Below, piece after piece: positions 1-12,400 of a stretch of 64,000 nucleotides of DNA (the first letter of the stretch is position 1; the number at the start of each line of letters is the position of its first letter). Under the pieces are notes generated by a model. The model was given only the letters and a program-made list of their open reading frames with translations. It was not told the origin of the DNA and did not search any database. The position numbers and the translations under genes are program-made. Origin of the DNA: Balanoglossus misakiensis (taxonomy: Eukaryota; Animalia; Hemichordata); contig CM082598.2 of NCBI GenBank assembly GCA_040954595.2, positions 868,001-932,000 on the forward strand, given 5' to 3'.

Positions 1-82
1 CAGTCCAAACCAATTGTGTTCTATGGTAAGGTTGGACCTCTCTAGAGGAAATGGGGTGGGGGGTGGGTGGGGTGAAAGGGTT
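1..82 (-). mobile_element. Partial copy of the ~85-bp piggyBac-like MITE family
   Basis: Reverse complement matches the family core (GAGGTCCAACCTTACCATAGAA...TTTGGAC). The copy ends in GGTGAAAGGG on the + strand. Confidence 0.7.
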
Positions 83-155
83 CAAATCCCTATACAAATA
101 GAAAAATTGTAAAAATAATTTAAGTGTTATTAAATTGTGTTGTCATTTTTTTCAG

Positions 156-829
156 GTGACAGTGAATACAAACATAGCAGATTTGAATACATATCTGAAA
201 CATTTAATAGATTCTACAAACATGAAATGCCTCACCCCTGAAAAGGTAAGTTAAAATAACTAAAAGCCGGTTTTAACTTGTCAGATTTTTGTGAGAATTC
301 TAGAAGTTTGATTACATATACTGCCGTGGAAGTAACATGTAAACGTTTGTGTGATTGGTCTATTTTGAAATTGTAATTTCATTGGTTCACAAGCATGGAT
401 ATAAGCCCCTGTCTGTGATTGGTTTATCAGTGACATGATTATAAAACTGTAATATGATTGGTTGATTGCAGGCTCTGAAAGGTCAGTGTGGATTCATGGC
501 AGCCAATCTGTATGCCAAGTCTATCTTTGGAGAAGATGCACTGGCTAATCTGAGTATTGAAAAGCCATACAATTCACCACCTGAAGCTCCAGTTGTCGGA
601 CATATAAGAATAAGAGCCAAATCACAAGTAAGTATAAACTTATCACTTCTAGAAGATAATAACATATGATGTTACACTTCAGACTACCATTTTTGACAAA
701 TTATATTTCCTGAAATATAGAATTATTAACGTTGAATTTTTTTATTTCCAGGGTATGGCACTGAGTCTGGGCGACAAGATCAACATGTCACAGAAAGTCG
801 ACAAATCCAAGCTGGTTACAGAAGAATAA
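156..829 (+). CDS. COPB1: Coatomer subunit beta, last three coding exons (5' part lies outside the window)
   Basis: Exons 156-245, 472-627 and 752-829 have GT-AG boundaries and join in frame to [62 protein letters not shown]...[35 protein letters not shown], the recognisable beta-COP C-terminus. Confidence 0.96.
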
Positions 830-2871
830 GAAAAACAATAACAGAAATGAAGGAATAGTCTGCAAGCTAGCAAGAAAATGTTTTGCCAAAAAATAGTTGG
901 CTGTGAAAGTACCATTTCAAATCCTTGTAGTCACACTTCAACCTCCTTCATTGAATTTCGTGTGCTCCACACATAAACTCCAACCATCCATACCTTTCTT
1001 TTGCTACCTGTCACAAAACTTTCTGTGTTGTTGCTTACTGCTTTAGTTTTGGCATGTTGGTTCTTGAAATGAAAAATGGTCATAAATTAGGTATTTTGGG
1101 GTTACTTATATTGTCAATATGATTGTGGTGGAAGTATGGAAAACTTCACTCAGTTTCCTATCATTTATTGAGTTTTGCACAGAAGGATTGTACTAAGCAT
1201 CAATGACATTGTTGGGAAGTCTGTCTGGAACAAAGATTGAGATTAAGTTACTTCTAACCCATAGCAAATAAATTTGCAAATGATGGTAAAGATTTGCAGA
1301 CTTTGAATTTGTTTTATTCTATTTGTAAATCAGAAGATTGATTTGAATGTAAAGGCATGGACACCTGCCTTGATTGTGCAAGCATTACTTTGATTGGATG
1401 TTGCTCACTTGTGCTTTGTATAGAGTCATTTCACTTGAGAATATAATAAAACATGACCTAATACCATACCCCCCCCCCTTTTCTGTGTTTTATCCATGTG
1501 CATTGTGTGTTTGTGTGTGTGTGTTCATGTTTTTGTATCGCAGCTGTCATTACAGTGACAAAACCCGAGAAGTCGCTTATTCCAGTAAAGGATTCATTTG
1601 TTGAGCACTTTAGAGACAAGTTGGCTCAGAGACACAACTTTTACAAATTAAGTTGATTTATTTAAAAAAATGTACATAAAAACGAAAGTAAATCCTATAA
1701 TTATATGCACATAGCGCCCCCAACGACTACATCGAGACTATGTTGTGATCTACAAATCTCCAACCATGTGCGTGATAGATTCAGGATTTTGCATCTTTCT
1801 GGATTCTCAGCCACATATTTGACAGTTTTTTATTCAGCCGAACAAGGGATAGTGTCGCTGGGTCGCTCAAATCCGTTGTTAGCAGCTCAGAAGACGGAAT
1901 AGTCCTTGTGTGGTCAAAATGGTGGACACGCCCCCGTCTGCAGGTAAGAATCTCCCGAATGTTGCAGTTTCATTGACACATGTTTCACGCGCACGAGATT
2001 TGCAAAGCTACCTTTTGTTTACCGTCATTTACATTTAGAATAGGTGTGAAATTCTTGCTTATATAGTACATGTACTTGTAGCCCTGCGTACAGGTCTGTG
2101 TGTTCGCGGCGTATGTTGTGGAGGCCATGTAACGCCGTGAACGCACGTGTATGTACTTGGTGTGCCACGCCCCCTCCGTTGCTAATGGGTTCACGTACGT
2201 CACGTACGTTGCCTTTTTGCCATTACATATACCAGGGAAATCTTCTAGCTATGGCATTGCAGCGAGTGTTGATTTTATAGATAACTGTGCATCTTAAATA
2301 TTCAACAAAAAGAAGCCACCACCAAGTCCCTGTTTTTACTTCAGGGTTGGAAATTGTGGGTGTTTTTCTTTTGCTTCATGTGGTTTCGTGAGGGAACTTA
2401 TGGAGGAAGAAACGTAAAGGGTGCGGTTCTACTAAATTTTATCATATTAGATGTGATCTAAATTAAATTTTTTTGGCATGATGTGAAATATTATACCCAG
2501 GGTATATTTCATTGAATTCAAAAACAACAGTTGTTCATGAAATCTTTAGATCATATCATTGAAACGATTGAAGGCCATGTCTTGTTCTGTTTAATTCAAT
2601 TTTTATTCATCCTTGAATGGAAATTTACTGCGATTCCCGGGAGGGAACACTTAAAATACAAATATAAGCATCATGAAAATCCAGAGGTACCATCATAGAA
2701 ATACTTATATCTTGCACATCATTTAAATTACACTAATTGTGACATTGGTCTAGTGTTAAGGTTGAAGCAAGATGTCAGTGGCATATTTGACATACAAACA
2801 TAACAAACACTTTCATCACGTTCTTTCTCTATCATAGAAAGGATAGTGAGCTGCTATAAAATGTTTCTACA

Positions 2872-3954
2872 TCATGTGAATTTAGTGTCAAGTTTGGAAA
2901 TCTCTGCTTGACTTAATCGTAAGCAAGGAAGTCTATTTTTGGAATGGGTTTGTTGATGGGCCTTCAAACTGATATTCTGTCGAAATGCCCGACCACACAC
3001 AGCACATACAAAAGGTTTTTCATTTGAATGATGGGTGCCATTACTCATCACACAAGGAAGTCTTTCCTGTGAATGGATTTGTTGATGTGCCTTCAGGGTG
3101 ATATTCTGTCGAAATTCTCTCCCGCAATCGTTACATTTAAATGGTCTTATATTTGCGTGAATCTTAAGATGTGCTTTCAAACCACCAGTCTGTCGAAAAG
3201 CTTGACCACATTCAGGACATATGAATGGTCGTTCATTTGAATGAATGCGAATGTGAACTTTCAAATGGCCACTTGTAAAAAAACTTTTACCGCATTCACC
3301 ACATGCAAATGGTCTTTCATTTGCATGACTTCTTTGGTGAACTATTAGATGAGCACTTTGTCTGAAGCTTTTACCACAATCACTGCATGCAAAAGGTCTT
3401 TCGTTTGTATGGGTCCTCATGTGACCTTTCAGATCTGCATTTCGCATAAAACCTTTTCCACATTCATTGCATTCAAATGGTCTTTCATTTGAATGACTCC
3501 TGGAGTGAATTTTGAGAGTGCCTTTACTGGTGAAAGCTTTTCCACATTCTTTGCATTCAAATGGTTTTTCATTGGCATGCACCCTTATGTGGCTTCTCAG
3601 GTGGCTAATTTGTGCAAATGTTTTTCCACACTCACAACATCCAAAGGGTTTTTCATTTGAAGGAATTACAAAATGAGGAGGGTTATTGGCTTCAAATGAT
3701 TCACTTCTCTCCCTATGTTCTTGATCTGCATGGATCACTTGATGAGACATCAGATCAGCTTCCTGTTGAAATGTTTCATCACATTCACTGCATGCAAACA
3801 TTTCTTCATTTGAATCAATCTTCCCTAGAGATCCTGGATTGTTATTTGCTGTGATTTGAAGTTCATCCAAAACTCTCATGTTGTCAGTAATTGGAGTTGC
3901 CCGTTCAGTTGTGATGTGACCATTGCATATAAGCGCTTGGATGATCAGTGACAC
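2872..3954 (-). CDS. C2H2 zinc-finger protein (9 fingers), large terminal exon; true start uncertain
   Basis: The ORF holds 9 CxxC-x12-HxxxH repeats (one isolated, seven tandem, one terminal). The frame stays open upstream to about 4077 and the ORF-track start is GTG, so an upstream exon is likely. Confidence 0.9.
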   Translation of the reverse strand: MSLIIQALICNGHITTERATPITDNMRVLDELQITANNNPGSLGKIDSNEEMFACSECDETFQQEADLMSHQVIHADQEHRERSESFEANNPPHFVIPSNEKPFGCCECGKTFAQISHLRSHIRVHANEKPFECKECGKAFTSKGTLKIHSRSHSNERPFECNECGKGFMRNADLKGHMRTHTNERPFACSDCGKSFRQSAHLIVHQRSHANERPFACGECGKSFFTSGHLKVHIRIHSNERPFICPECGQAFRQTGGLKAHLKIHANIRPFKCNDCGREFRQNITLKAHQQIHSQERLPCVMSNGTHHSNEKPFVCAVCGRAFRQNISLKAHQQTHSKNRLPCLRLSQAEISKLDTKFT

Positions 3955-4085
3955 ATCTGTTGGATGGAAATAAATATTCAGTTCTTCAGAGTCAATCCAT
4001 GTTTCGTGATTGGAGTTCTCGAAATCTCTCTGAACTATGACAACTAAACAAATTGAAGCCCCATCATATCTGTATATTTACTTAC

Positions 4086-4199
4086 CATCATCTGTCAATG
4101 ACCCATCGTTAAATCGCTGATGCAACTTTTCAGTTGCAGTTTGAAATAATCTAGTGAGCTCATATGCCTTGTATGGAATTCTGAATGTTTCATCTTGTT
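4086..4199 (-). CDS. Candidate upstream coding exon of the zinc-finger gene
   Basis: Pyrimidine-rich acceptor TTCTTCTTCAATTCAG, 114-nt open phase 1-1 frame (QDETFRIPYKAYELTRLFQTATEKLHQRFNDGSLTDD) and donor GTAAGT. Phase-compatible acceptors at 4043/4034/4025 imply a short 42-60 nt intron. Confidence 0.45.
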
Positions 4200-4679
4200 C
4201 TGAATTGAAGAAGAAAACACACACGATAATTGATATGTACATGTATGCATATGAAATGTACCCTTGATCGTTTTGTATATTACAGTATACAAGTTACGTG
4301 GGATGGACACATAGAATCGATGTACATAGCCCTCACTCCAAAATCACCAAAGACAGCCGATAGAATAACAGGGCTACAGTCTCGTCATCATGATATCTCT
4401 GCTCCGAATCCATAGCTCGTGATTGACAAGAACGGACAGTATTGAAAATGACAACTGGGTCATGTACTAACCGGTAAGTGTGATTACATGTTGGCCCGAT
4501 TCAGCGCTGACATCAGATCTCTGCGACATATTTTCTCTTTCATTGGCCTTGTTGTGTTCTTAGGAAAGTCTTAGTTGCGGTGAAGATATCGTACTAACTG
4601 TATATTCCTGCAATACTACCAAAATACTGCGATCGTGTTGTGAATACGATGATCATGCACCGCGTCTCTGAGATGTCAA

Positions 4680-4775
4680 AGGTCATTGACGGCGCCCTCT
4701 AGTGATGTAAATCATGAATACCCTCTTCTACTCTCATAAAATATAGACGTTATGCGCGTGCGCAGCCCAATGTAT
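4680..4775. promoter_or_regulatory. Putative promoter/boundary of the zinc-finger gene: CTCF-like and NRF1-like motifs
   Basis: GGCGCCCTCTAGTG at 4691-4704 resembles the CTCF core. TGCGCGTGCGCA at 4753-4764 resembles the NRF1 palindrome and is followed by CCAAT. The patch is locally CpG-rich. Confidence 0.45.
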
Positions 4776-4789
4776 TACTGGTATTCACT

Positions 4790-4822
4790 TCAACAACAAC
4801 AATAACAACAACAACAACAACA
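4790..4822. repeat. (AAC)n microsatellite
   Basis: caacaacaacaataacaacaacaacaacaacaa. Confidence 0.85.
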
Positions 4823-6345
4823 AGATTATTAAAAATAAACGCCAGGAAACTTCCTTGAAAAAAAATGTTTGACAAAAAATGAGACTGATAACTACAAGTT
4901 TGGATTATACATTTTTATTTATAACAAATACTTGCCAGTCATAGTGACTTGATGCAAATATTTGAAAAGTTCACAGAAAGTTCCACTATCTCATCTGATC
5001 TCTGGATCTAAAATGCAAGATGTGAAAATAGTTCTAATTTTAGAATATCAGTAGTCTAAATATATCCAAGCTGAGGTAAATTCTGAGGTTTTTTGAAGGC
5101 ATTTCATCCAAAACCAGCTCATGTGTGAAGCCATTATTTTTGCTACCTAAACAGTATTTGACTTCATTCCAGGAAATCATATCACATTACAATAATTGCA
5201 TTGTGGGTAAAAAGGTAGACAACTGTGTTGTATGGCTTCTTTGTGCTGCAAGAGTTGGTGATGCTCTAGCCAATTGAATATGATGCCTCTTTTTGGAATT
5301 AACCTTAATAGCCCTTATAATAATAAAGTATAAATTCAGATAAAAAACATGATATCAACCGGTGGATTGAGAATAATAAATACACCAAAGTTAAATACTC
5401 AGGGCGAGTTTTTCAAAACCTTGTCCCCCGTGTCCTGTGGTTTAACCCTACTGTTTCATAGAATAGTTGGATTAGCATAATACAATCATGGGGGTGGCCC
5501 ATCCGGACAATGCAAACCACTAAAATATCTCCTAATAATTCTAGACTTGTATACAAGTGAATAACATAGATTGAAAAATTAAATTTGACTGTACATATAA
5601 ACAGCCTCGAAGTTGTCAACAAACACTGAAATATAATGTCACATTGATAACTTTTAACTTTCCATTATTTAAATTTAATATGTCTTGCTTGCTTGGTCCA
5701 AAACATAATTATGCATTGATACTCATAAAAGATTGGTTCTACAAAGTTGTAGACTTTTGTAAGACTATATAAGACTAGCAATACATGTTCATGCATGAAG
5801 ATTATATCACACAGTATGAAGATGTTAAAATTCTTAAATGTGACAATATTTGAACAGTTCATATCTTCCCTATGGAAGATATGGTATGAAAATAGTTTAT
5901 AGATTTACTGATAAATTCTGAAATACAGGTTTATTTGCCCAATACCCTGAGGTCATTACTTCATGTACATGGTTTGTGCTCTGTTGAATATTATTTGGGG
6001 GTTGATAGGCACGATGTCATCTATTGACAATTTGTTGGTTCACTTTGGTTTTCTTGTCCTTTTTTTTTCAACTGAAGTGGGTACTCCACTCACAAACTGC
6101 AGTCAACAGGACATACAGAAATAATTCATGATATATTGCTAACAAAGATAAAGTTATTTGTTTGAATTTGTGATTTTCATTCTCGGAAGTGAAGTAATGT
6201 ATTGAAAAAGTTAAACCAGCTAGTCTACTCTTTTGAGTTCTTTACTTCGTTAAACTCTAGAATGGTCAACCATACATTTGTCATTGTTTGTAAAACCAAA
6301 TTTGAAATAGCAGTCTCATGGAAAACCCAAAGGAACAAGAAATGT

Positions 6346-6411
6346 GTTTGGTTTAGACAGGTGTCCAGATAAGACAGGGTTTGGTTTAGACAGGTTTCCA
6401 GATTAGACAGG
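6346..6411. repeat. 33-bp tandem duplication just past the anoctamin stop codon
   Basis: GTTTGGTTTAGACAGGT(G/T)TCCAGAT(A/T)AGACAGG occurs twice, starting at 6346 and 6379. Confidence 0.8.
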
Positions 6412-6414
6412 TTT

Positions 6415-9400
6415 TTATTCTAATCCTGCTGTCTTGGCTTTGTCCTCCATTGCTTTTTTGTTGAGTGCCGCTCGGTGCAGAGCTTGACGTGCCAAGTAGT
6501 TTTCACGTCGGATTTCATCCTTGACTTTCTGTGGTACATCCGGAATCAAATAGTCTATCAGCCACTTGAGAAAGAATACCACATGCTATAAACAGACAAA
6601 AAAATAACAGAATTTAGTGTCAGGGACTTCAGAGATTCTATGAATGATCTCAGTTTGTATCTACTGAGTTATGTAAAAGATGCTGTTATTTCCGGGGGTA
6701 CTACTTCCTATTATTGTTAGAAAGTATTTGGTATCATGAATATCTTTTCGCAGTCAGTCTAAGATCTTTTAAAGCTCACCTCAAAAACGATGACAAATGC
6801 CAGTTTGGAGGCTATGACGTGCCAATACTGGATGTTACGACCATATGGGATGGGTCCCCAAGGAGGCAGGCGATAATCCTTGTATCTGGTGAAGTGACGG
6901 ACGATACATAATTGTTATAAGTGCAAACCCTTTGATCAAGAACTCTCCTTTTTAAAAGGGACAAAGTCTCTCTCTTGCTGCCCTTTTCCCATTAATTATG
7001 TTTGATACAAGACACTGATTATGTTAATTTAAATGTGGATATATCGTGAATCAACATTCAGACTCACACCTTCCATCTCACTTGTCTTGTATCAAACATA
7101 GTTAATGGAAAAAGGGCAGCAAGAGAGCGACTTTGTCCCTTTAAATGTCTATGATTCTATCAACATCCCAACAATTACAGTTTGAAAGAGTCGTGTTAGA
7201 AAGTAAGACAGTTCATACCTGCAGATATCAACAACTCCTTGACCAGTTTGAGGCCAACTTTGATCCTGAGGTGCAGTCCCATCTTGAAAGTCGGTCGTGT
7301 TGAAATAAGCTAAGGAGTTGTCGACATAGCCGTACAAGCTTCCATCGTCGCTGTATTGGTAGATGTAGACAAGTCTTGGGATGAATTCCGATGTCAGTGC
7401 GATCACTAGAGCCTGAAAAGACAAGTTGAAGTGACTGTTCAGTGTTTGTGCCTCATCTATTGCAAGAGTACGCAACTATGCACACACCATCTAGGATGGC
7501 ATCAACAGGGGAGGATGTGCCCCCCCTTTGCTAGAATATTGGGGGGGGGGGTTCCACTCTGGCAAGGGGGAATGTAATATCTCCAACATGTGAGTGACAT
7601 ATTTTGTACCCCTTAAACCCTTCCACCCCCAGTTCCCTCTTTAGAAGTCCAAGCGTACCATAGAAAGTAATGGCTTTGGACTGAACCATGGTGGTGAAAG
7701 GGTGAAATAGAAAGCAGACACTTACATTGGTGACCACAGCTAGTTTCCCAACACCATCCAAGATGCCATACCAGATACCTGAAAGAAAGTTTGTGGATCG
7801 TCAGATACTTGTCATCAGCAGAATAGTATCAGAGGCAAAGGCATTATCTAACGGTCAAAATCAGGTTACGAGGTACTTCAATGTGTTTCTTCAGCACGTT
7901 TATACTTGACACAGGATGACAACCACTGAGAATTTAGGCTGTACCAGACAGAACTAAGGGGGGGGGGGGTTTACTCACCAATATCTTGAGCCCTAGCAGC
8001 CATTGGTCGTCTCATCTGAGACGTAAACTTATAAGCATCCAGTCGAATCTCTATGATGTTGTTTAACAGCGCAAACAGAGGAGCCAATGAAAAGGCAGCC
8101 ACGAAAAGAGTGACAAACCCAAACTGTAAAACTGGAAGGAGTCGAGATAAAATTGGAAAAGAATCAGTTGTGATGCTTTCACCCCTATTTGTCTTCCTGT
8201 GGATCGAGCCATGTTGCAACAACATTGAATTGGTTTAAATGGAAGACAGCTTTCAGTACAATCAGATACACAGATCAATAATACTGAGAATAAAGCCAAA
8301 AGTTCCACCTAATGTCCCCTTAACATTCTGTGAATGCCAACACTTACCCATTTCTAGATATTCACTGAAGAGTCCATGTCTGTCTGGTGGTCGCAGATCA
8401 TAATCCTGTTCCCATCTGGTATACTCATCTCCCAATTGTTTTTCTCGTTGCTTTGCATCTCGTGCACTCCACCAATTCAGAAATTTTCTGCATGAAAACA
8501 ATAATTGTAGTGGTCGTAAACAATGTCCCTGACACTAAAATTTAATTGAAGCAGGTAGAAAAGGTTTTGTGAAACTCTGACTTACGGGAGTATGATTTCC
8601 AAGCAGTTGTTGTAGGCTTGTTTTCCGACCATAATGATGGCAAGTTGAAGACACAGCTCTGGTAAGCAACCGCCTGGGTCACACTGAAAGTGATCACAAA
8701 GAGACAGGTCATGAATGTGGCAGTCTCATTTTGAAATTAAAGAATAGGCATTCTTATTGTTATTCATATACAGTATGTCTATTCCCAGATGACTTTTCAA
8801 ATTGTAACTTGCATATCCTAATTCCAACTGTACTTTCAAACTGACTCTGCATAAACTTGAAGGTAGAAAAGAGTTTTTACAAGTTATTGTGAAAAAAAGA
8901 TGACTTTCATCTCACCTCTTCAACTCGAAGTCCAAATATGGTATCATAATCACCAGGGTAACCATTCTTCCTGAATAAATTGAAAACAGACAAGTGTTAA
9001 AGAATTTGGGAACGTTAAGGAATCTTGGCCAAAGTTTTTGGAAACAGCACAACAAAACTGTAACGCTGTATTGACCATTTGGCTCCTGAATGTACAAATA
9101 TAGACTAATTCAGTACAGAACTATTTACCATGGAAACACAATGCATTTAATACGGCATCCTGTATTCACACTGAACAGCAAGGATAATCATACAAGGAAA
9201 ATATGAATGTCTAACTTACGGTCCTTTCAGGAAAGCGATGTAGAAAATCGAGGTGTAGTAGTTGACGAAACTGAAGAGATACATCTTGAAAGTAAAACTG
9301 TCTTCCCACATTGTCTCAGTACGGTGCATTTCTGTCGAATCATCAAACATTCAAAATATAATATTATTATTAAAATTTCATTAGAGCCAGGTCATTATGG

Positions 9401-12400
9401 CCACAACTTTAAACACAATGTTATTGCAAACTAGAATATATTCCTGTTCCCATTTTGAAACTCTTAAAACTCAGTATATGTAATTGATATTTGAAATGAA
9501 GAACTCACCTAGATCTGTCAGCCACACTGCAATCTTTTCATAGATCTGTGAACATGAAGGATAAAGACCAAATCATTTAATCAGCTGAGCGTTTTGTTTG
9601 TAAGACATCATTCATTTCATATGGTTATACATGTAGTTGACACAAAAATACTACACATGCAAGCATACAAGAAAGTGAAGTTGATACACCTCCCCCCCCC
9701 AAAAAAAAACATTCAATAGACATCTATAAAATTCTGTTGATTTTCTATAGATCTTTATAGAATTTCTATGGACATCTATAGATTTTTATGTAGTTTTGGA
9801 TACTTTTTCTATGGTTTGTGTACTTACCCTGTTGAGAATCAGAATGAGGACCAAATTGATCAACGATGCAGTACAGGTTGTGATGAGCGAAGAGTACGTA
9901 CTCGCCAAGTTGTCACCCGTAGCTGCGATAGCGGCGGACACAGCGATACGATAAACGATGACGCCAAAAACGCATGCGAGCACTAAACAGATCTGAAACA
10001 GGAATAGACTGAATCATAAGCTCAGATAGTACATGTAATTATTAGTGACAATATTCAAAGATTTTGTCTGCATGGAAAATGAGAACGTTTTTTGAATTTG
10101 ATGAACACCAAGCTCAGATAATGTATGTGTCAATATTGCCAAATTTTATCTACGTGGAGAATGAGATTATTTTTGGATTTGATAAACACCAATGGAGTCG
10201 CTAACTCAACACTTAACTGTCATGATAGTGTAATACCCATGTTTGAACCTCATAAATTTCTGAATATTGAAAATTATTCACTTGTGGTTTTACGTGTGTG
10301 TGAGAATGTTTATGAAGAAGTGTGAAATAACTGATAACTCCAATAACATCAATCGCTGTTCACTTTTCTTTGCACTCCAACTAAAATTCCATCAGACAGT
10401 CAATAGCATGACGCGATATGAAGATGGATTTCACATACCATAAAGATGATACCCGACACTGATGATACAACACGAGGTGCTTTCTTGTACCCATGGATCC
10501 ATTTCTCCTCCAGCTGCCATGACAACGGCGGGATGAAATGGCGTGCAAATTGTTCATTTGCAATGAAATAAAATGAATGAGTAGAATGGTGACTGGTTTG
10601 AAGTATGTAATGGGCGATGGCTGCTGATTGTTGATACAACACCATTTTCAAAGTACATGTATGTTTTATGAAAACCAAATAAGTCTCTCAATTATATGAT
10701 GTAAGATTACATCTGTTCACAAAATTTGTATTTGATGAAGAAGGGAACGTCAATTTAGAACATTTGAGATCACAATTTTCAACTCGTGAATTGGTATGAT
10801 ATTGCTGACTTTGAAAATGGTAGCAGTTGTCAACAAACAGCAGAAAAGTTTGTCTGAAAGATTCAATCGCGTTATGGCTCTCTGTGATCTCCAACCCTCA
10901 CCACCAGTGGCTAGGGTCGAAGGTCTCAGAATGCCAGAGCATGACAGAATCTTTCAGTCTACAGACAAGGTCTGTTTATTTATATACGCTCACCATCAGA
11001 ATAATAACAACCGAGGCACCAACCAATCGTGGAAATCTGTCCTTTAAAGTTACATGAGGAACTTCATCCTGTAAAGTCGTGTTTGATATGATAACACAAT
11101 TTTCACACAAAGTTAGACCTACTAACTCTTTAAACATCTCTATTTTTCCCACCAAAATGTTGATCGTGTACATAGGAACAAGTCTAAAGTACAGAGAGGT
11201 CTGTCCAACCACTCATAACACAATATCACAGAATATGAACATGTCATTTTCAGATGTGTAAAGTGCTGCAGTCTATTTTTGGATCGATTGAACATACCTT
11301 GGTGACAGGATTGATACGAGTATCTGGAGCACTGGCTTCAAACTCTGGCCGACAGTTTTCCTGTTAAAGAATAAAATTGTACGATCATTTGCAAGATGGC
11401 AAATCTGATAAACCGATCTTCACAGTTTTTGTCAAAATGTACCGGTACATGTATAACCAGACTCTTTGATTGCATACTTCAGATCCAACTACAGAAATTT
11501 CTTTCAGGGATTTGATCTATACTGCAGTGCGAGTCACAACACTGTCAGCATGCATTTCCATGGTAACAGTTGCTAAGCAATCAATACATACCTCTTGTTC
11601 CTCAAAACCAAACAAATCCCAGTCATACTGTATCTCATATTGTTTTCTCTTCCAGAATTCCAGGAACAATGTTGCTGTAAAAAGAATGACCACCAGAACA
11701 GTTTAATCCACTAGGCATTCATCCTGCTGATCATTCAGACAACCTCATTAATGTAAGTATCTGTTCAGTCAGCGATCAACCATGATTGATAATAATGAAT
11801 ATCAAATACCAACAGCAAGTTACTAAGCAAAACTACAAACTGCTGTGATAAAACTATAATAATCCTACTTGTGTGAGAAATTAGAGTCACAGATTTCAGA
11901 AGGAAGTAAAAAGAGGAAGAAGTGTAGATTTGCAAAATGCATTTTGTAATCAGACAAAACTACACTTAATTTATTTCTGGCTTTTATAAAGCACGATACA
12001 TACATTCTATGCACTGTTAATTCTAGAAGTTTGATGTTTTGAGTGTGGGAAAATTGGAACAAAAGTACATCTAGTTGAGGTGTGCCATGGGAAAATGTTT
12101 TCTGCAAAGTTTACTAAAACTGGACGTTTTTGAGGACATTTATTAGATTTTACAGATGTCTACATGTTTAGATTTAATGTCCAGGAGTTCTTGAAAAATA
12201 AACAGTTATCGGTTTTTGTTACCAAAATGGCAAAATTGGAATTCAGTAAATGAGAGAAAAACTATCAAACGACATTCATGCAAACAGAGTAAAATCAAAA
12301 GGAGAATATCAGGAGATTTTTGTTACCAATTCTTTGTTTATCAATCTTACCCCACAAACCCATGACTGCAGCAAAAATAACTGTAGCTTGGTTGTCAAAC

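Noticed and set aside
11721-11733. 10-nt complementarities to 16089-16098 and 15768-15777 as a docking site
   Set aside because: A few 10-mer matches are expected by chance over introns of this size; unsupported without conservation data.
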